Counted from the first letter of the stretch, positions 14,129 to 29,355 are shown. The stretch is DNA of 64,000 nucleotides from Eledone cirrhosa (GCA_964016885.1 OZ024746.1:30504001-30568000), one strand, 5' to 3'. The notes: a model not told the origin generated them from the sequence alone. Translations and numbers: made by a program.

Positions 14129-14395
14129 AAGATATATTTAATTTGTTGGAAATCCAACAAATATAGATGTTTACAACTGATTCAAAGCACTCGACAGCTT
14201 TCTTGAGTAAGTATTCACTTTCCAGGGATAACTTGAACCATTAAGGTATATAATCTTTGGTCATGTCAAATATTTATAAAACATTTAGTATTTTATCTGA
14301 TGATAGCGTACCAAAATTGTTGGTACTCTTGAAATATATATAATAGAATAAATATGGTTTTATAAATAAAGTTTCCATTTATTTAATATCAATTG

Positions 14396-14426
<31 letters not shown>

Positions 14427-14431
14427 GTATA

Positions 14432-15571
<1,140 letters not shown>

Positions 15572-15572
15572 G

Positions 15573-15754
<182 letters not shown>

Positions 15755-15899
15755 TCCGCTATCATTCCAAGACATTAACACAGTTTTCTGCATGTCGCAG
15801 TTTACCAAAACATACACGACAATATCATTTGACTTAAATTACAAACAACCACTCGAACACAGAGACACAGAAACACACACAACACCAAAAGCAGTATCA

Positions 15900-16070
15900 G
15901 TAGTACTTCAGACACCATGCTTTGCAGCATAGAGTTATGGCCCTTTACCTCCTTAGTTCAAATTATGCCGAGGTTAGCTTTGCCTTTCATCCTTAGGAGG
16001 TCGATAACATAAAGATAACGTAATGCACTGGGGTAACTGCTTGCCTTGTGCCAAAAGTAAAAACAATTAT
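15900..16070 (+). mobile_element. tRNA-derived SINE, diverged copy
   Basis: AGTTCAAATT...GCCGAGGTTAGCTTTGCCTTTCATCCTT...GTCGATAA...GCCTTGTGCCAAAAGTAAAAAC, same family as 34300-34890. Confidence 0.75.
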
Positions 16071-16349
16071 TAAACAAGTGTCGTCTCCCATAGAAATGAG
16101 ATCAACACATTTTTTTCAGGTTGAGGTGCTTTACCACATGCATTTATAACGAGATCTCATTCAGTTTATTAACTCCACCTGATGAATTAGACCTAAACGT
16201 TGCACAAGAATTTATGTATTCCCAGAAATATCATGTTATCATTTTATCATTAAATCTTTAACAAATTGGTCTTTAAATATTATACTATTCAGAAATAACT
16301 AACAACAATGAGTACAGCACCCGTATACGACAAGGAATGACACCCTACC

Positions 16350-19190
16350 AACCAGCTAGCCAGCCAGTTAGCCAGATAGCCAGCCAGTCAGTTAGCTAGC
16401 CAGCCAGTCAGTTAGCCAGCGAGTCAGCTAGTTAGCCAGCCAGTTAGCCAGCCAACCAGAAAGCCAGCCAGCTAGCTAGCCAGTTAGCTAGGCAACTAGC
16501 CTGCCAGCAAGTTAGACAAAAAGCCAGCCAACCAGTCAGCTAACGAACCAACGAGCTAGCCAAAAAGCTTGGCAGCCAGCTAGTTAGCCATCTAGCTAGT
16601 TAATCAGTCAACCAGCTAGCCAGGCAGCTAGTTAGCCACCTAGCTAGTTAGTCAGTCAACCAGCTAGCCAGGCAGCTAGTTAGCCATCTAGCTAGTTAGT
16701 CAGTCAACCAGCTAGCCAGGCAGCTAGTTAGCCACCTAGCTATGTTAGTCAGTCAACCAGCTAGCCAGGCAGCTAGTTAGCCACCTAGCTAGTTAGTCAG
16801 TCAACCAGCTAGCCAGGCAGCTAGTTAGCCACCTAGCTAGTTAATCAGTCAACCAGCTAGCCAGGCAGCTAGTTAGCCACCTAGCTAGTTAGTCAGTCAA
16901 CCAGCTAGCCAGGCAGCTAGTTAGCCACCTAGCTAGTTAGTCAGTCAACCAGCTAGCCAGGCAGCTAGTTAGCCATCTAGCTAGTTAATCAGTCAACCAG
17001 CTAGCCAGGCAGCTAGTTAGCCACCTAGCTAGTTAGTCAGTCAACCAGCTAGCCAGGCAGCTAGTTAGCCACCTAGCTAGTTAGTCAGTCAACCAGCTAG
17101 CCAGGCAGCTAGTTAGCCACCTAGCTAGTTAGTCAGTCAACCAGCTAGCCAGGCAGCTAGTTAGCCATCTAGCTAGTTAGTCAGTCAACCAGCTAGCCAG
17201 GCAGCTAGTTAGCCATCTAGCTAGTTAATCAGTCAACCAGCTAGCCAGGCAGCTAGTTAGCCACCTAGTTATGTTAGTCAGTCAACCAGCTAGCCAGGCA
17301 GCTAGTTAGCCACCTAGCTATGTTAGTCAGTCAACCAGCTAGCCAGGCAGCTAGTTAGCCACCTAGCTAGTTAGTCAGTCAACCAGCTAGCCAGGCAGCT
17401 AGTTAGCCACCTAGCTAGTTAGTCAGTCAACCAGCTAGCCAGGCAGCTAGTTAGCCATCTAGCTAGTTAATCAGTCAACCAGCTAGCCAGGCAGCTAGTT
17501 AGCCACCTAGCTAGTTAGTCAGTCAACCAGCTAGCCAGGCAGCTAGTTAGCCACCTAGCTAGTTAATCAGTCAACCAGCTAGCCAGGCAGCTAGTTAGCC
17601 ACCTAGCTATGTTAGTCAGTCAACCAGCTAGCCAGGCAGCTAGTTAGCCACCTAGCTAGTTAGTCAGTCAACCAGCTAGCCAGGCAGCTAGTTAGCCACC
17701 TAGCTAGTTAGTCAGTCAACCAGCTAGCCAGGCAGCTAGTTAGCCATCTAGCTAGTTAATCAGTCAACCAGCTAGCCAGGCAGCTAGTTAGCCACCTAGT
17801 TATGTTAGTCAGTCAACCAGCTAGCCAGGCAGCTAGTTAGCCATCTAGCTAGTTAATCAGTCAACCAGCTAGCCAGGCAGCTAGTTAGCCACCTAGTTAT
17901 GTTAGTCAGTCAACCAGCTAGCCAGGCAGCTAGTTAGCCATCTAGCTAGTTAATCAGTCAACCAGCTAGCCAGGCAGCTAGTTAGCCACCTAGTTATGTT
18001 AGTCAGTCAACCAGCTAGCCAGGCAGCTAGTTAGCCATCTAGCTAGTTAATCAGTCAACCAGCTAGCCAGGCAGCTAGTTAGCCACCTAGTTATGTTAGT
18101 CAGTCAACCAGCTAGCCAGGCAGCTAGTTAGCCATCTAGCTAGTTAATCAGTCAACCAGCTAGCCAGGCAGCTAGTTAGCCACCTAGTTATGTTAGTCAG
18201 TCAACCAGCTAGCCAGGCAGCTAGTTAGCCATCTAGCTAGTTAATCAGTCAACCAGCTAGCCAGGCAGCTAGTTAGCCACCTAGTTATGTTAGTCAGTCA
18301 ACCAGCTAGCCAGGCAGCTAGTTAGCCATCTAGCTAGTTAATCAGTCAACCAGCTAGCCAGGCAGCTAGTTAGCCACCTAGCTAGTTAGTCAGTCAACCA
18401 GCTAGCCAGGCAGCTAGTTAGCCACCTAGCTAGTTAGTCAGTCAACCAGCTAGCCAGGCAGCTAGTTAGCCACCTAGTTATGTTAGTCAGTCAACCAGCT
18501 AGCCAGGCAGCTAGTTAGCCACCTAGCTATGTTAGTCAGTCGACCAGCTAGCCAGGCAGCTAGTTAGCCACCTAGTTATGTTAGTCAGTCAACCAGCTAG
18601 CCAGGCAGCTAGTTAGCCATCTAGCTAGTTAATCAGTCAAAAAGCTAGCCAGGCAGCTAGTTAGCCACCTAGCTAGTTAGTCAGCCAACCAGCTAGCCAG
18701 GCAGCTAGTTAGCCACCTAGCTAGTTAGTCAGCCAACCAGCTAGCCAGGCAGCTAGTTAGCCACCTAGCTAGTTAGTCAGTCAACCAGCTAGCCAGGCAG
18801 CTAGTTAGCCACCTAGCTATGTTAGTCAGTCAACCAGCTAGCCAGGCAGCTAGTTAGCCACCTAGCTAGTTAGTCAGTCAACCAGCTAGCCAGGCAGCTA
18901 GTTAGCCACCTAGCTAGTTAGTCAGTCAACCAGCTAGCCAGGCAGCTAGTTAGCCACCTAGCTAGTTAGTCAGTCAACCAGCTAGCCAGGCAGCTAGTTA
19001 GCCACCTAGCTAGTTAGCCAGCCAACCAGCTAGCCAGGCAGCTAGTTAGCCACCTAGCTAGTTAGTCAGCCAACCAGCTAGCCAGCCAGTTAGTTAGCCA
19101 GTCAAGCAGCCAGCCAGCCAGCCAGCTAGATAGCCACCTAGCTAGTTAGTCAGTCAACCAGCTAGCTAGTCACCGTTCAGCCAGCTAACT
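16350..19190. repeat. 48/49-bp minisatellite built of 4-bp subunits, roughly 50-55 units
   Basis: Unit AGCTAGCCAGGCAGCTAGTTAGCCACCTAGCTAGTTAGTCAGTCAACC. Flanks decay into (AGCC/AGCT)n. Confidence 0.95.
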
Positions 19191-19679
19191 ATTAAATGAT
19201 TCTTAAACATAAACAAATTACCTATTCACCATTAACCCCTAACGCAGGAAAACACAATATGTCATATAGACGATTTTAGCTTTTGTTATTTTCTTATATC
19301 AATTCTTCTGCGGTGGGGGGGGGTCTTAATTTTCTGAATCCACTCATAATGGTACCAGGTGTTAATTAGATTTAATTAATTTATCATTATAAAAGAAAGT
19401 GGATGAGATTTTAAAGATTGTTGTAGTGGACAATATAGTATTGTTGATAAGAGTGATTAATTAGTTTATATATTGTGTGAGTAATTAGACGTGAGTAGAA
19501 GTTGGAATGTAAAAAGACATTTTGACACCATGGACCGGTTATTCCTAGAAAAAACGCAGGTGAAGATCGGAAAGATTATATATTTTGACAGTTAAAGTAG
19601 GAAAACACTCCCAATTAGAGAAGTTATTGAAATTCTCAGCAGAATGCCTCAATTTTGTTGCTGTAGTCGATAGTGTGCC

Positions 19680-19998
19680 GGACCTCCGTTGGTTTCGTAG
19701 ATGAATATTTCATTTGAGACGATCAACTGAACAACCTGTTCGTGAAATGAATATGCTAGTGGCTGAGTATACCATAGCCACGTGCCCTTGACCTAATTCT
19801 CAAGAAATTCAGTGTAACACAGTGTATAACAAGTTTGGCCATTTCAATCACGAATACAACTCATATTTGTTCTAACTGAATGGACTGGAGCCATGTGAAA
19901 TAAAGTATCTTGTTCAAAAGGACATAAGACACCATTGCAAATCGAATTTGTGACCCTACAATTGTGAGCCGAACACACTAACCGCTAAGCCATGCGCC
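19680..19998 (-). mobile_element. Older tRNA-derived SINE of a second family
   Basis: Minus strand starts GGCGCATGGCTTAGCGGTTAG (A box) and AATTCGATT (degenerate B box), then a CORE-like TGTCCTTTTGAACAAGATACTT...CCAGTCCATTCAG segment. Confidence 0.65.
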
Positions 19999-21249
19999 TG
20001 CTCACATTGTAATATTTCATGCACAATTGAGGATCATTGAAAATTACCAAGCGATATGGACGTTATTAAAGAAACGTCTGTACATGTGTTCCATATTTAT
20101 TTGTTGATATTCATAATTTCATAATAAGGACGCCATTATTGTGTGTGACTAGTTTAACAATAAGCAGAAATACTGTTGAGGACATAGTTATAGGAACGCC
20201 ATTATTCTGTGTGACTAGTTTAATAATTAACAGAACTACTGTTGAAGAAAGAGAAAATAAATGCTAACATTCTGTGTTTCTTTCTGCTCTAATCTTCTTC
20301 ATAACAACACTAATATTACGTCATTAACTTTATTAACTGTTATTGCACAATAATAATTGAAAATAGATTCTATTGATAAAGAAATTATTAAGACTTTGCC
20401 CAGAAACACATCGGGAAAAGACCAAAGTTATTATGATGTTGTAACGTTATAAAATATTTCGTGAAAAATAAATAGATTTCTTGAAAAGCACTTTAGGTTA
20501 CGAATGATGGAGTAGACCGAAATGTTCAATTTGTAAAGAATTCTACTGAAGCTGGTGGACATTTCTTTCCATGGTATTATATACATCGGAAAGTACCATG
20601 TGCAAACCTGTCTTCAACCTTATATAATGTTATGTAATATTGTTATTATGGAACAAGTAATTGTAAAGCTCTTTTACTAATATAATTCTATCTCACTACT
20701 TGATGATTGTGCTACACGAATATATATACACACACAACACACACACACGCTACATACATTCACACACACACACACACACAAGTACATACACATCCTAATA
20801 AACACGCTACACACACTCACACAAACACACAAGACACACGAAAATGGTTTAGACTAAGTTATGCCTGTGCAAGAAGCTTTTTTAAGTGAAGAAAGGCTTT
20901 GCCCTGGACCAATCTCACTCTCTGAACAATGGTGACAGGTATCCAAAAGGACGAACAGGTCAACATCATTGGCTTCCATCCAGTCACAGTTTTACATTAG
21001 TTTTCCTTCTCTTAGAATGATATCCTAACAAGAACTATGGGTCTGTCACTGCCAGAGGGCTAACCGCGCGCTAGGGCACCAAACTGACGATTTCCATGTC
21101 ACTGTACATATACAGACATATTTATATACATACATACATACATACATACATACATACATACATACATACATACATACATACATAAACACAGTCAACGCGA
21201 TCAGTCGCATATTTTGGCGTGGGAGACTATTTATAAAATTTAAGATGAA

Positions 21250-24200
21250 TACTATCTCCGACAGTAATGCCACAACTACAGTCATGTTGAATAATTGGTT
21301 ATTCTTCTAACTTTATCTTCTGAAGACACCTTTTATTCGAATTCGTAGAGATATCCGACTAAATACACAATTCATTTTACAATGATTTGCTACAAACAGC
21401 ATGGCTGAACACAACATCAACAACAAAATTAAGGAAGTATCGAAGACAAACAACAAGAAAGGTAAACAAACTTTATTCAGTTGTAGCTACAGAAGAAACC
21501 GAAATTATAAATCGCATTTCTCTTGGAGTTGCGAACTTAATGATGATTTATTTAATTGTTATAAAATGGCAAAAAACAATCCCTCCATTGGCTATATGAA
21601 CAGAATGAAGCTACACTGGGACGAAATGCACTCCGAGCTAAATTATTTCACAGCGAAACAATTACGCCAACAAGCGACGTTTGTTGAACGTAAAAATAAG
21701 ATAAATATTATTAATTGCAAGTCCCCCACAACAAACATGGGATCAAAAGCATGTGCTACATGTCGCCATGCTACTAGACTTCCTAACAGCCAGGTCGAAC
21801 AGCGCCTTGAAACAACTATGTCTGTAAGAAACTTGACACCACCTGTACCAACTAAGTCTACCTCGAATGCTGGGGAAAACACTATCGATAATAATAATAA
21901 TCGAAGAAATAATAATAATAATCGAAGAAATTTGACACCACGTGTACCATCCGAGTCTACCTCGACTGTTGTGGAAAATACTATCGATAATGATAATAAT
22001 CAAAAGTATAAACAATTGAAAATTTCCCTCAACGAAATCTTCCAGAGAGAAATTAATTCATGTATAAATATCTCTCTTGCTGAACGTATTAAAATGACAA
22101 TATTTAATAAAAAAAACAAATAATGAAATATTATGTGTTATTGACGAAATAGGGAATGAATATTTACGACGGATAAAAACCCCAACATTTTTGCAAATCA
22201 ACGACTGTTTATATGCCTTAGCAACGACAGTGAAACATTATCTTGGTGATAGCAGAGATATTAACAAGAACAAAAAACCACCGAAAATACCATCATATAT
22301 AACTAAAATAGAAAAAAAGATTGCTGACCTACGAAAAACCATAGGATATGTGACAATGCTCCTTACATGCAAACAAACACAAAAAAACCTCACTTCTAAC
22401 CAATAAAGAGTGAAAAATAAAATAGAGACGATGTTTGGTAACAGTAGAACCAGAACTCTCCAATATAAGCTGATCACCCTCAAACAAGAATTGAGAGCTG
22501 TTAGCGAAAAACGCCGATACTTGAAGAAGGTAGATGACAGAAAAGTGCTTAATAAAAGATTCAGACGAAACCAAACATCAGTTTATAGAGATATGAAGAA
22601 CAAAATAATAAGTGTCACTGAGGCCCCATCCCAGAAAGACATAGATTCCTTTTGGAGCAAAATATGGGGTGAAAAGAAGAATTTCAACCAAGATGCAGTG
22701 TGGCTGAAAGAAATCCGGAAGAACTATTGCTCTTACACTACAACAAAAACATACGAAATAAGTGAGGGTACCCATGAGACTGTGATAGGAAAACTCCAAG
22801 ATAGGAAGAGACTTGATTGTCGGCTACTGGTACAAAAAACTGATATTCTATCGGAGGTATCTTACTGACCTCTACCAACAAGTTCTTAAGGGAGATACAC
22901 TTATACCAGAATGGTTGACATTAGCACAAACGTTACTGGTCCCTAAGAACAAAGACACCCACTTGGCAAAAATCTACCGACCCATTGCATGCCAGAACCT
23001 GATGTATAAGATGTATACAGCCTGCCTGAACATATTCTTCCAAGATCACTGTGAAAATAATAACATCATCACAGATGAACAAGCAGCTGGAAAGAAAGGG
23101 GTTTGGGGATGTGCTGAACAACTCCTAATTAACAAAACTGCGATGTCGGACTTAGGAGGAATATGGCTACAGTCTAGCTGGACTACAGGAAAGCTTTCGA
23201 TTCTGTTCCCCACTCTTGGATGATAGAGGCCCTCCAACTTGCTAAAGTCCCAGACATTATTGTCAGAGCCATAGAGAAGCTGTCTTCTCCTTGGGCTACT
23301 ATCCTAAGACGGAGAGGGAGGACTCTATTTTCACTGATAAAATAAAATATCGCAGGGGTATATTTCAGAGAGACAGTCTCTCTGTGATATTATTCATCTT
23401 GCCATTAAACCCCTTGTCCTTTCTGCTCAAGAAATGTGAGGGATGCATCATTAGCTCACAGGAGGACAGAAATACGAACCTAACCCATAATTTCTTTGTG
23501 GACGATCTGAAACTCTATGCCAAGAACATGGATGGGGTGAAGAAAAATCTTGACCTGGTTTCAATGTTCTCAAAGGATATAGGAATGGAGTTTGGCCTAG
23601 ATAAATGCTCATACATGACTGTAAAGCGGGGAAAAACAACAACCCAATCTAGCAACATTGTCATCAATGGCCTAACTGTTTCGCCGATATCTGATAAGGA
23701 CTACTACAGATACCTGGGGATAGATGAGAACATATCCTATAATGGTATCTGTAATAAGGAATACTACACCCGATTAAGAAAGATTTGGTCATCGGAAATC
23801 TCTGCGCAAAACAAAACAGTGGCTCACAATGTGTTTGCTGTGCCTGTCCTAACACCAACGTTTGGATTACTCAATTGGACGATAGACGAAATCCGAGCAG
23901 TTGATGTTGGAACTCGAAAAATACTAAACAACACCGGAAACCTCCACATCAACAGTGACATAGACCGCCTTTGCTTGAAACGTAAGCATGGAGGCAGAGG
24001 CTTAACATCAGTCCAGACAGCATTTGAATGTCGCATCATATCTCTCCGACAACATCTACGAACCTCGAAGCGTAGGAGCCCGTTTCTCGAGCAAGTCTAT
24101 CTGCATGAAACAGATAAGATCATGAGAGTATGGAAGGAACTCCTCGAGAGATATTCCCTGTGTTATAATAAAAAGCTCACACCCAGGGAAGTCGCTCAGC

Positions 24201-25250
24201 AGTATCGCAGTGAATCCATGGATGAAAAACTGCATGCTTATCAGCAAAAAATCATGCATGGATATGTTGCCAGGAAGCTCCAGAGTGAGAGTAATATAGA
24301 TAAGGAAAGTAGTCTAACTTGGACCAACAACCGCTATATTGGCTCCCACTTTGAAGGATACGCTTTTGCAATCCAAGAACAGGAGATTAACACGAAATAC
24401 CTGATTCACAAAAGAGATAGGGATGCAGGCAAAACACCTAGATGTGATAACAAGTGCAGACTCTGCAGAACTAACATCGAGGATATTACCCTTGTCATCA
24501 GCAGCTGTCCAAGGATGTCATCGCGGTACTATCTACCTATGAGGCATGATGTAGTAGCCAAAACACTGTACAATGCAGTCCGTAAAAAAGATAGCCCCGA
24601 TAATAAACACATTAAAAGCTACAGCAATGTGGAAGACATCCACGTACATAATATGAAAGAGTACTAGTGGAATGTTCCAGTTAAACCCCAATAAAATGCA
24701 GGCATAACAGGCCAGATATTATGATATGGGACAGGGAAAAGAAAGCATGCACAGTAGTGGAAATTAGCTCCCCAGCAGATGCCAATATAATATCAAAGAT
24801 TAGTGAAAAGGAGAATATGTATGCAGAACTGATGAGAAATCTGCAGATACTCCACCCTGATTACGCCTTCAGATTTATGCCTGTGACTATTGGTAACTGC
24901 CTCAATATAAATCTTAAGAAGCTAGGCTTCACAGGAAGAGAAAGAACACAACTAGTTAGGAAATTACAAGTATAATCCATTAATGGAACAGTAAAAATAT
25001 GTAAAACATTCCAAAAATGTTGCATCTAATAAACTGCATATACACATGTACAGATACAAAGCATATACACATGCACACATACAACTCAAAACATACACAT
25101 CCACACATACAATAACATCCATATCTACACATGCATGCATACATACATAATCCATCGTGTAAATTCCAATGAGAGAGTCTTGTGTTTATGTTAGAAACCG
25201 ACTCTCTCTCTATTGGTAAAAAAATTGTGAAATTATACAACCAGAACATA
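21250..25250 (+). mobile_element. Near full-length R4/Dong-clade (restriction-like endonuclease) non-LTR retrotransposon, inactivated
   Basis: Single long ORF now split into 21401-22123, 22191-22868, 22813-23223, 23291-24667 and 24721-25028. N-terminal GYMNRMKLHWDE..LRQQ; RT motifs YRPIAC, RGIFQRDSLS and FFVDDLKLYA; CRLC..CP..RHD knuckle; HNRPDI..VVEISSPAD..KENMY nuclease. Ends approximate. Confidence 0.92.
23291..24667 (+). pseudogene. R4/Dong RT core plus Zn-knuckle region (largest surviving frame)
   Basis: FFVDDLKLYA, GMEFGLDKC, YRYLGI, GGRGL, FAIQEQEINT, CRLC-X12-CP, RHD. Confidence 0.9.
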
Positions 25251-25375
25251 CATACATATGAATATATATACTTTTCTATGTATGACTCCATACAGTTTAT
25301 TTAAGAAATAACAGATTTGAAGGCAGTGCCTCAGCATCGGCGCAGTCAAATGCCTCAAACCAGTAAAAATCATAA

Positions 25376-25415
<40 letters not shown>

Positions 25416-25816
25416 AGTGCAGAGAAAAGGAAAACAACTACAAACAGTGTGTATTCATAAAGCATCAGAAACAGAAATTTTCTGATTTTTGAAAAGTTTA
25501 AATAAACATAACAAAGACTTTTAATCTATAAAGATGTCCCTCTGTATAGATAACATGTTTGTTTGTTTTGCTTTTCAAATCGCTTTGTTATGCTTTCTAA
25601 GAGAAGATAAACGTTTGTAAATATATGAACAAACGAATATGAAAAGAAGAAATATCTTAAGTTTCAACAGGTGCTATAGCAAACACATTATATTGTTGTC
25701 AGTGGTTAGATAGTAGAGAGATTGTCTCATTGATCAATATTTTATATCTCTGGTTGCCATTTTCTCTTGTACAAAGAAGAAATCTTTGTGATTGATAATA
25801 TGTATAATAACAGGGA

Positions 25817-25891
<75 letters not shown>

Positions 25892-26037
25892 GTATATATA
25901 TATATTTGTGTGTGTGTATACATATATATTTATATGTATATATATATATTTGTGTGTGTGTATACATATATATTTATATGTATATATATATATATATATG
26001 TGTGTGTGTATATATATATATTATTAATAATAATAAT

Positions 26038-26071
<34 letters not shown>

Positions 26072-26452
26072 TTTGTACACGGATCGTCCTTATAACATAA
26101 TTTTCTTCATTAAAATAACGGACCACATGTGTAAATAAAGAAACTGAATATCAGCGGCACCACTAAGAATTTTAAATCAAATCAAAAAGAAAAACGATAT
26201 ATGTTGTAAGTAACAAACTCTATTGATTATATTACACATACATGTATTATAAACACAACGAAAAATGTACACAAAACAAACATGTAGATATACAGACGTT
26301 GGCTCTTTGAACTTAAAGAAAAAACTATTTGAAGAAGAGAAACAGTCGTAGACCGGACGACGCACGTTGATTATTTCGAGGAGTAAGTTCTGTTTAATTT
26401 GGTATTCCCTAACACGAAAATTCGACAAATTATTTCACCACTTATCTCTACA

Positions 26453-26930
26453 AATAATCTGACACTAGTTGTGAGAACTGCATAAATATTTTTATATATT
26501 CACCCATTACAATCGCTGTTTACATATTATTATTTGAAGAAAAGAAACAGACATAGATCGGAAAACACACTGTTTATTTCGGGGGATAAGTTCTGTTTAA
26601 TCAAAAATCCGACTAATTATTATTCAATCATCTCTGTGGCTGAAGATGTGAAAGGTGCATATATATTTTTAAATATTTTCCCAATACAATTTTCTTTTTT
26701 TACATTTTGGTCGATTGTGGTTAAATTTCAGATTTTGAAAGGAAAATGGACAGTTGAAAGATCACTTCTCTCTCCCACCACCACATTCACAACCACTTCC
26801 TCACACATTCACACCAGTAATTCCCCAATCTATGTTTAGACTACTGTCACTGACTGCTATCTACCTCCCTTCTTTGTGTCTAATGTGTGGGTATATATGT
26901 ATGTGTGTTTATACATACGTGTGTATAAGT
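26453..26930 (+). repeat. Dispersed duplicated segment, SINE-free copy (second copy at 34133-34215 plus 34885-35270)
   Basis: Near-identical sequence; both copies yield the same spurious MKKRNRHR.. ORF. Confidence 0.9.
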
Positions 26931-27217
26931 ATGCACGTGTGAATGTATATTTATGTATGCGTTGGAGCCCACATAAAGGACAAAACAAAGGCAGAAAATA
27001 ACATCGAAGAAGCAACTCTTATAAGCTACAATTTCACCCTACCCACTCCCAGCACTCCCACCACCAGCATTAATCTCCCTGCCACCATCACCAACACCAC
27101 TCACTCCTCAAGAACAGTTGAGAAAATGTTCTTACACCTCTTACAGCTGCAACCATAACAATATCTCCTCAAACAACAACAGCAATGACCATAACTATAC
27201 TGTTATAATAGTAATAA

Positions 27218-28240
27218 TCGTTTCTACTTTTGGCACAAGGCCAGCAAATTAACCAGTACATTACTGGTACTTTATTTTATCGACCCCGTAAGGATGAAAG
27301 GCAAAATGATCTCAGTGCCAACCAGCAAATGCACTTCCCAAAGAGCCGGGCAACTTTCCATGTACGTCCAATACCATGCGTAACGCAAGCATGTACTACG
27401 AGATGAACAAATAAAAATTAATACACAATACCAAATCGCTTTTCCTATGGTTAATCAGGAAGCGCGTCCCTCAAGAAGGTGCCAACCTGAGATCGAAAAG
27501 TCCTCCTCTGGCACAAACTCTTCTCCAATTATGGACCTGGATGGTCACTTGATCGGGGATTGCCCCAACTCGAGCCCTCCAGATCCACCACCCAAACCAC
27601 CTCAAAAAGAAAAACCTAAAAGGATGAAATGGACCCGAGAAGAGTATAAAGAAATCATTGTTTCTACTTTAGGCACAAGGCCAGCAATTACTCAGTACAT
27701 TACTGGTACTTTATTTTATCGACCCCCGTAAGGATGAAAGGCAGAGTTAACTTCGGAGAGTATAAAGAAATAATATATGCATATTACTATGCATTAGGTA
27801 AGCCATCACAAGACGGACACACTTTAAACTCCTACAAAATCTGGAAAACTCGGAATCAAGCTAGCAGACGTGATATGGAGTCTGCCCTAAGTGTCAGGAA
27901 GACACTCGGCGTATATCTCAGAAACAATAATTAAAGAAAATAAAAACAATAATGATAATAATAATAATTGTTTCTACTTTTGGCATAAGGCCAGCAATTA
28001 CCCAGTACATAACTGGAACTTTATTTTATCGACCCCGTAAGGATGAAAGGCAAAGTTAACCTCGGCGGGATTTGAACTCAGACCATAAAAGGCCGTAACT
28101 CTTTGCTGCAAAGCATGGCGTCCGCCCCTCTACCGATACTGCCAATCCAAATAATAATAATAATTGTTTCTACTTTTGGCACAAGGTCAGCAATTATCCA
28201 GTACATTATAGTACTTTATTTTATCGACCCCGTAAGGATA
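27218..28240 (-). mobile_element. Cluster of four tRNA-SINE copies or fragments (27218-27312, 27656-27756, 27966-28150, 28162-28240)
   Basis: Repeated TGTTTCTACTTTTGGCACAAGGCCAGC...TTTTATCGACCCCGTAAGGATGAAAGGC. Confidence 0.9.
27313..27965 (+). mobile_element. Internally deleted R4/Dong-type element (5' ORF start fused to 3' tail)
   Basis: MVNQEARP...RMKWTREEYKEIIYAYYYALGKP...YKIWKTRN (interrupted by a SINE) joins at ~27880 to a tail nearly identical to 36204-36280, ending in (TAA)n. Confidence 0.75.
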
Positions 28241-28687
28241 TAAGCCCATCAAAAAGGTGTTTCCTTGTGGTTGAGTAGATGATATACGCACGTCATGATG
28301 AAGATACGACTAGGTCCGAAAATCGGAGAAATTCGTATGTTTACATGTCTATATACTAAAATTGTATGTATTTATATACACATTGGCGCAGTCTCAGTTA
28401 CCTACTTTGTATGTAAACATATAAATTTATCGTACACTTCGGCTTCTTGGTGCACTTCTAAATATATATAGATGATAGATACATATACTACGTACGTTAA
28501 GGTCAGATGGAGTCCTCTTACACGGAAGTTTCGCCTACATATTTCAAGGCACATCAGACATATTTTTAATCTCTCCAATCATGCTAAGTATAAAATTTCA
28601 TATTAGAAAATTTCATAAACGGATACACGCTCCCAGCTTCTATCAGTTGGTAGAGCATTCCATATATGTACGGAGATACTCTGCTCA

Positions 28688-28758
<71 letters not shown>

Positions 28759-28769
28759 TATATATATAT

Positions 28770-29070
28770 GGTAGAATTCCCGAGATCCATGGACGCGTTC
28801 TCTCCAGCGGTCTCTGTCCCTCATTATGGCTGCTATGTCCTGCGTCTGCAAGAGACCAGTGTCTGTCCTTAGGCATCAACATATGTTAACCTCGGTCTTC
28901 CTCTTCCAGTGTGTCCATGCAGGGGCTCCCACAGGAGCACTGAGTGCAGTGTCAACTCTGGATGTCGGTGAGCATGTCCAGCTAACCTCAGTCTCCTCTG
29001 TGTCACTTTTGAGCTGACTTTTGGGAGACTCCCGTACAGCTCTGAGTTCTTCATCCTCAGTGTATACTGA
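28770..29070 (-). mobile_element. RTE LINE 3' fragment, same family as 7610-8240
   Basis: RMKNSELYGSLPKVSSKVTQRRLRLAGHAHRHPELTLHSVLLWEP...GRPRLTYVD. Confidence 0.9.
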
Positions 29071-29095
29071 TATTTATATATATCAGTATACACTG

Positions 29096-29204
<109 letters not shown>

Positions 29205-29311
29205 CTATATACATATATTTATATGTAAAAGGTAAACAGAAATAACAACACAATTGGTACGATATATGGCAGAGATATATTAGATTAACGCTTGATATAG
29301 AAGGAAGAGGA

Positions 29312-29347
29312 TCTTAACGTTTCGGACGCTAGTCCTTTATCACAAGA
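29312..29347 (-). ncRNA. Decayed minimal hammerhead (family G) in an inverted PLE tail
   Basis: TCTT-GTGATAA-A-GGAC/TAGC/GTCC-GAAA-CG-TT-AAGA. All stems pair, but core positions 3 and 8 are G and A. Confidence 0.55.
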
Positions 29348-29355
29348 AAGAATGA

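Noticed and set aside
16350-19190. CRISPR-like array
   Set aside because: Contiguous tandem units with no unique spacers, no cas genes, and a eukaryotic context.
26534-26839. Duplicated 101-aa/95-aa ORF (also 34891-35178) as a gene pair
   Set aside because: TTG start, no recognisable domain, C-termini differ by frameshift, and the similarity is explained by the DNA duplication.
28290-28565. Hammerhead-like strings (ATGATGAAGA..CCGAAA; minus-strand CTGATGT-GCCT..AGGC-GAAA)
   Set aside because: Core substitutions and no stem I or valid NUH site.
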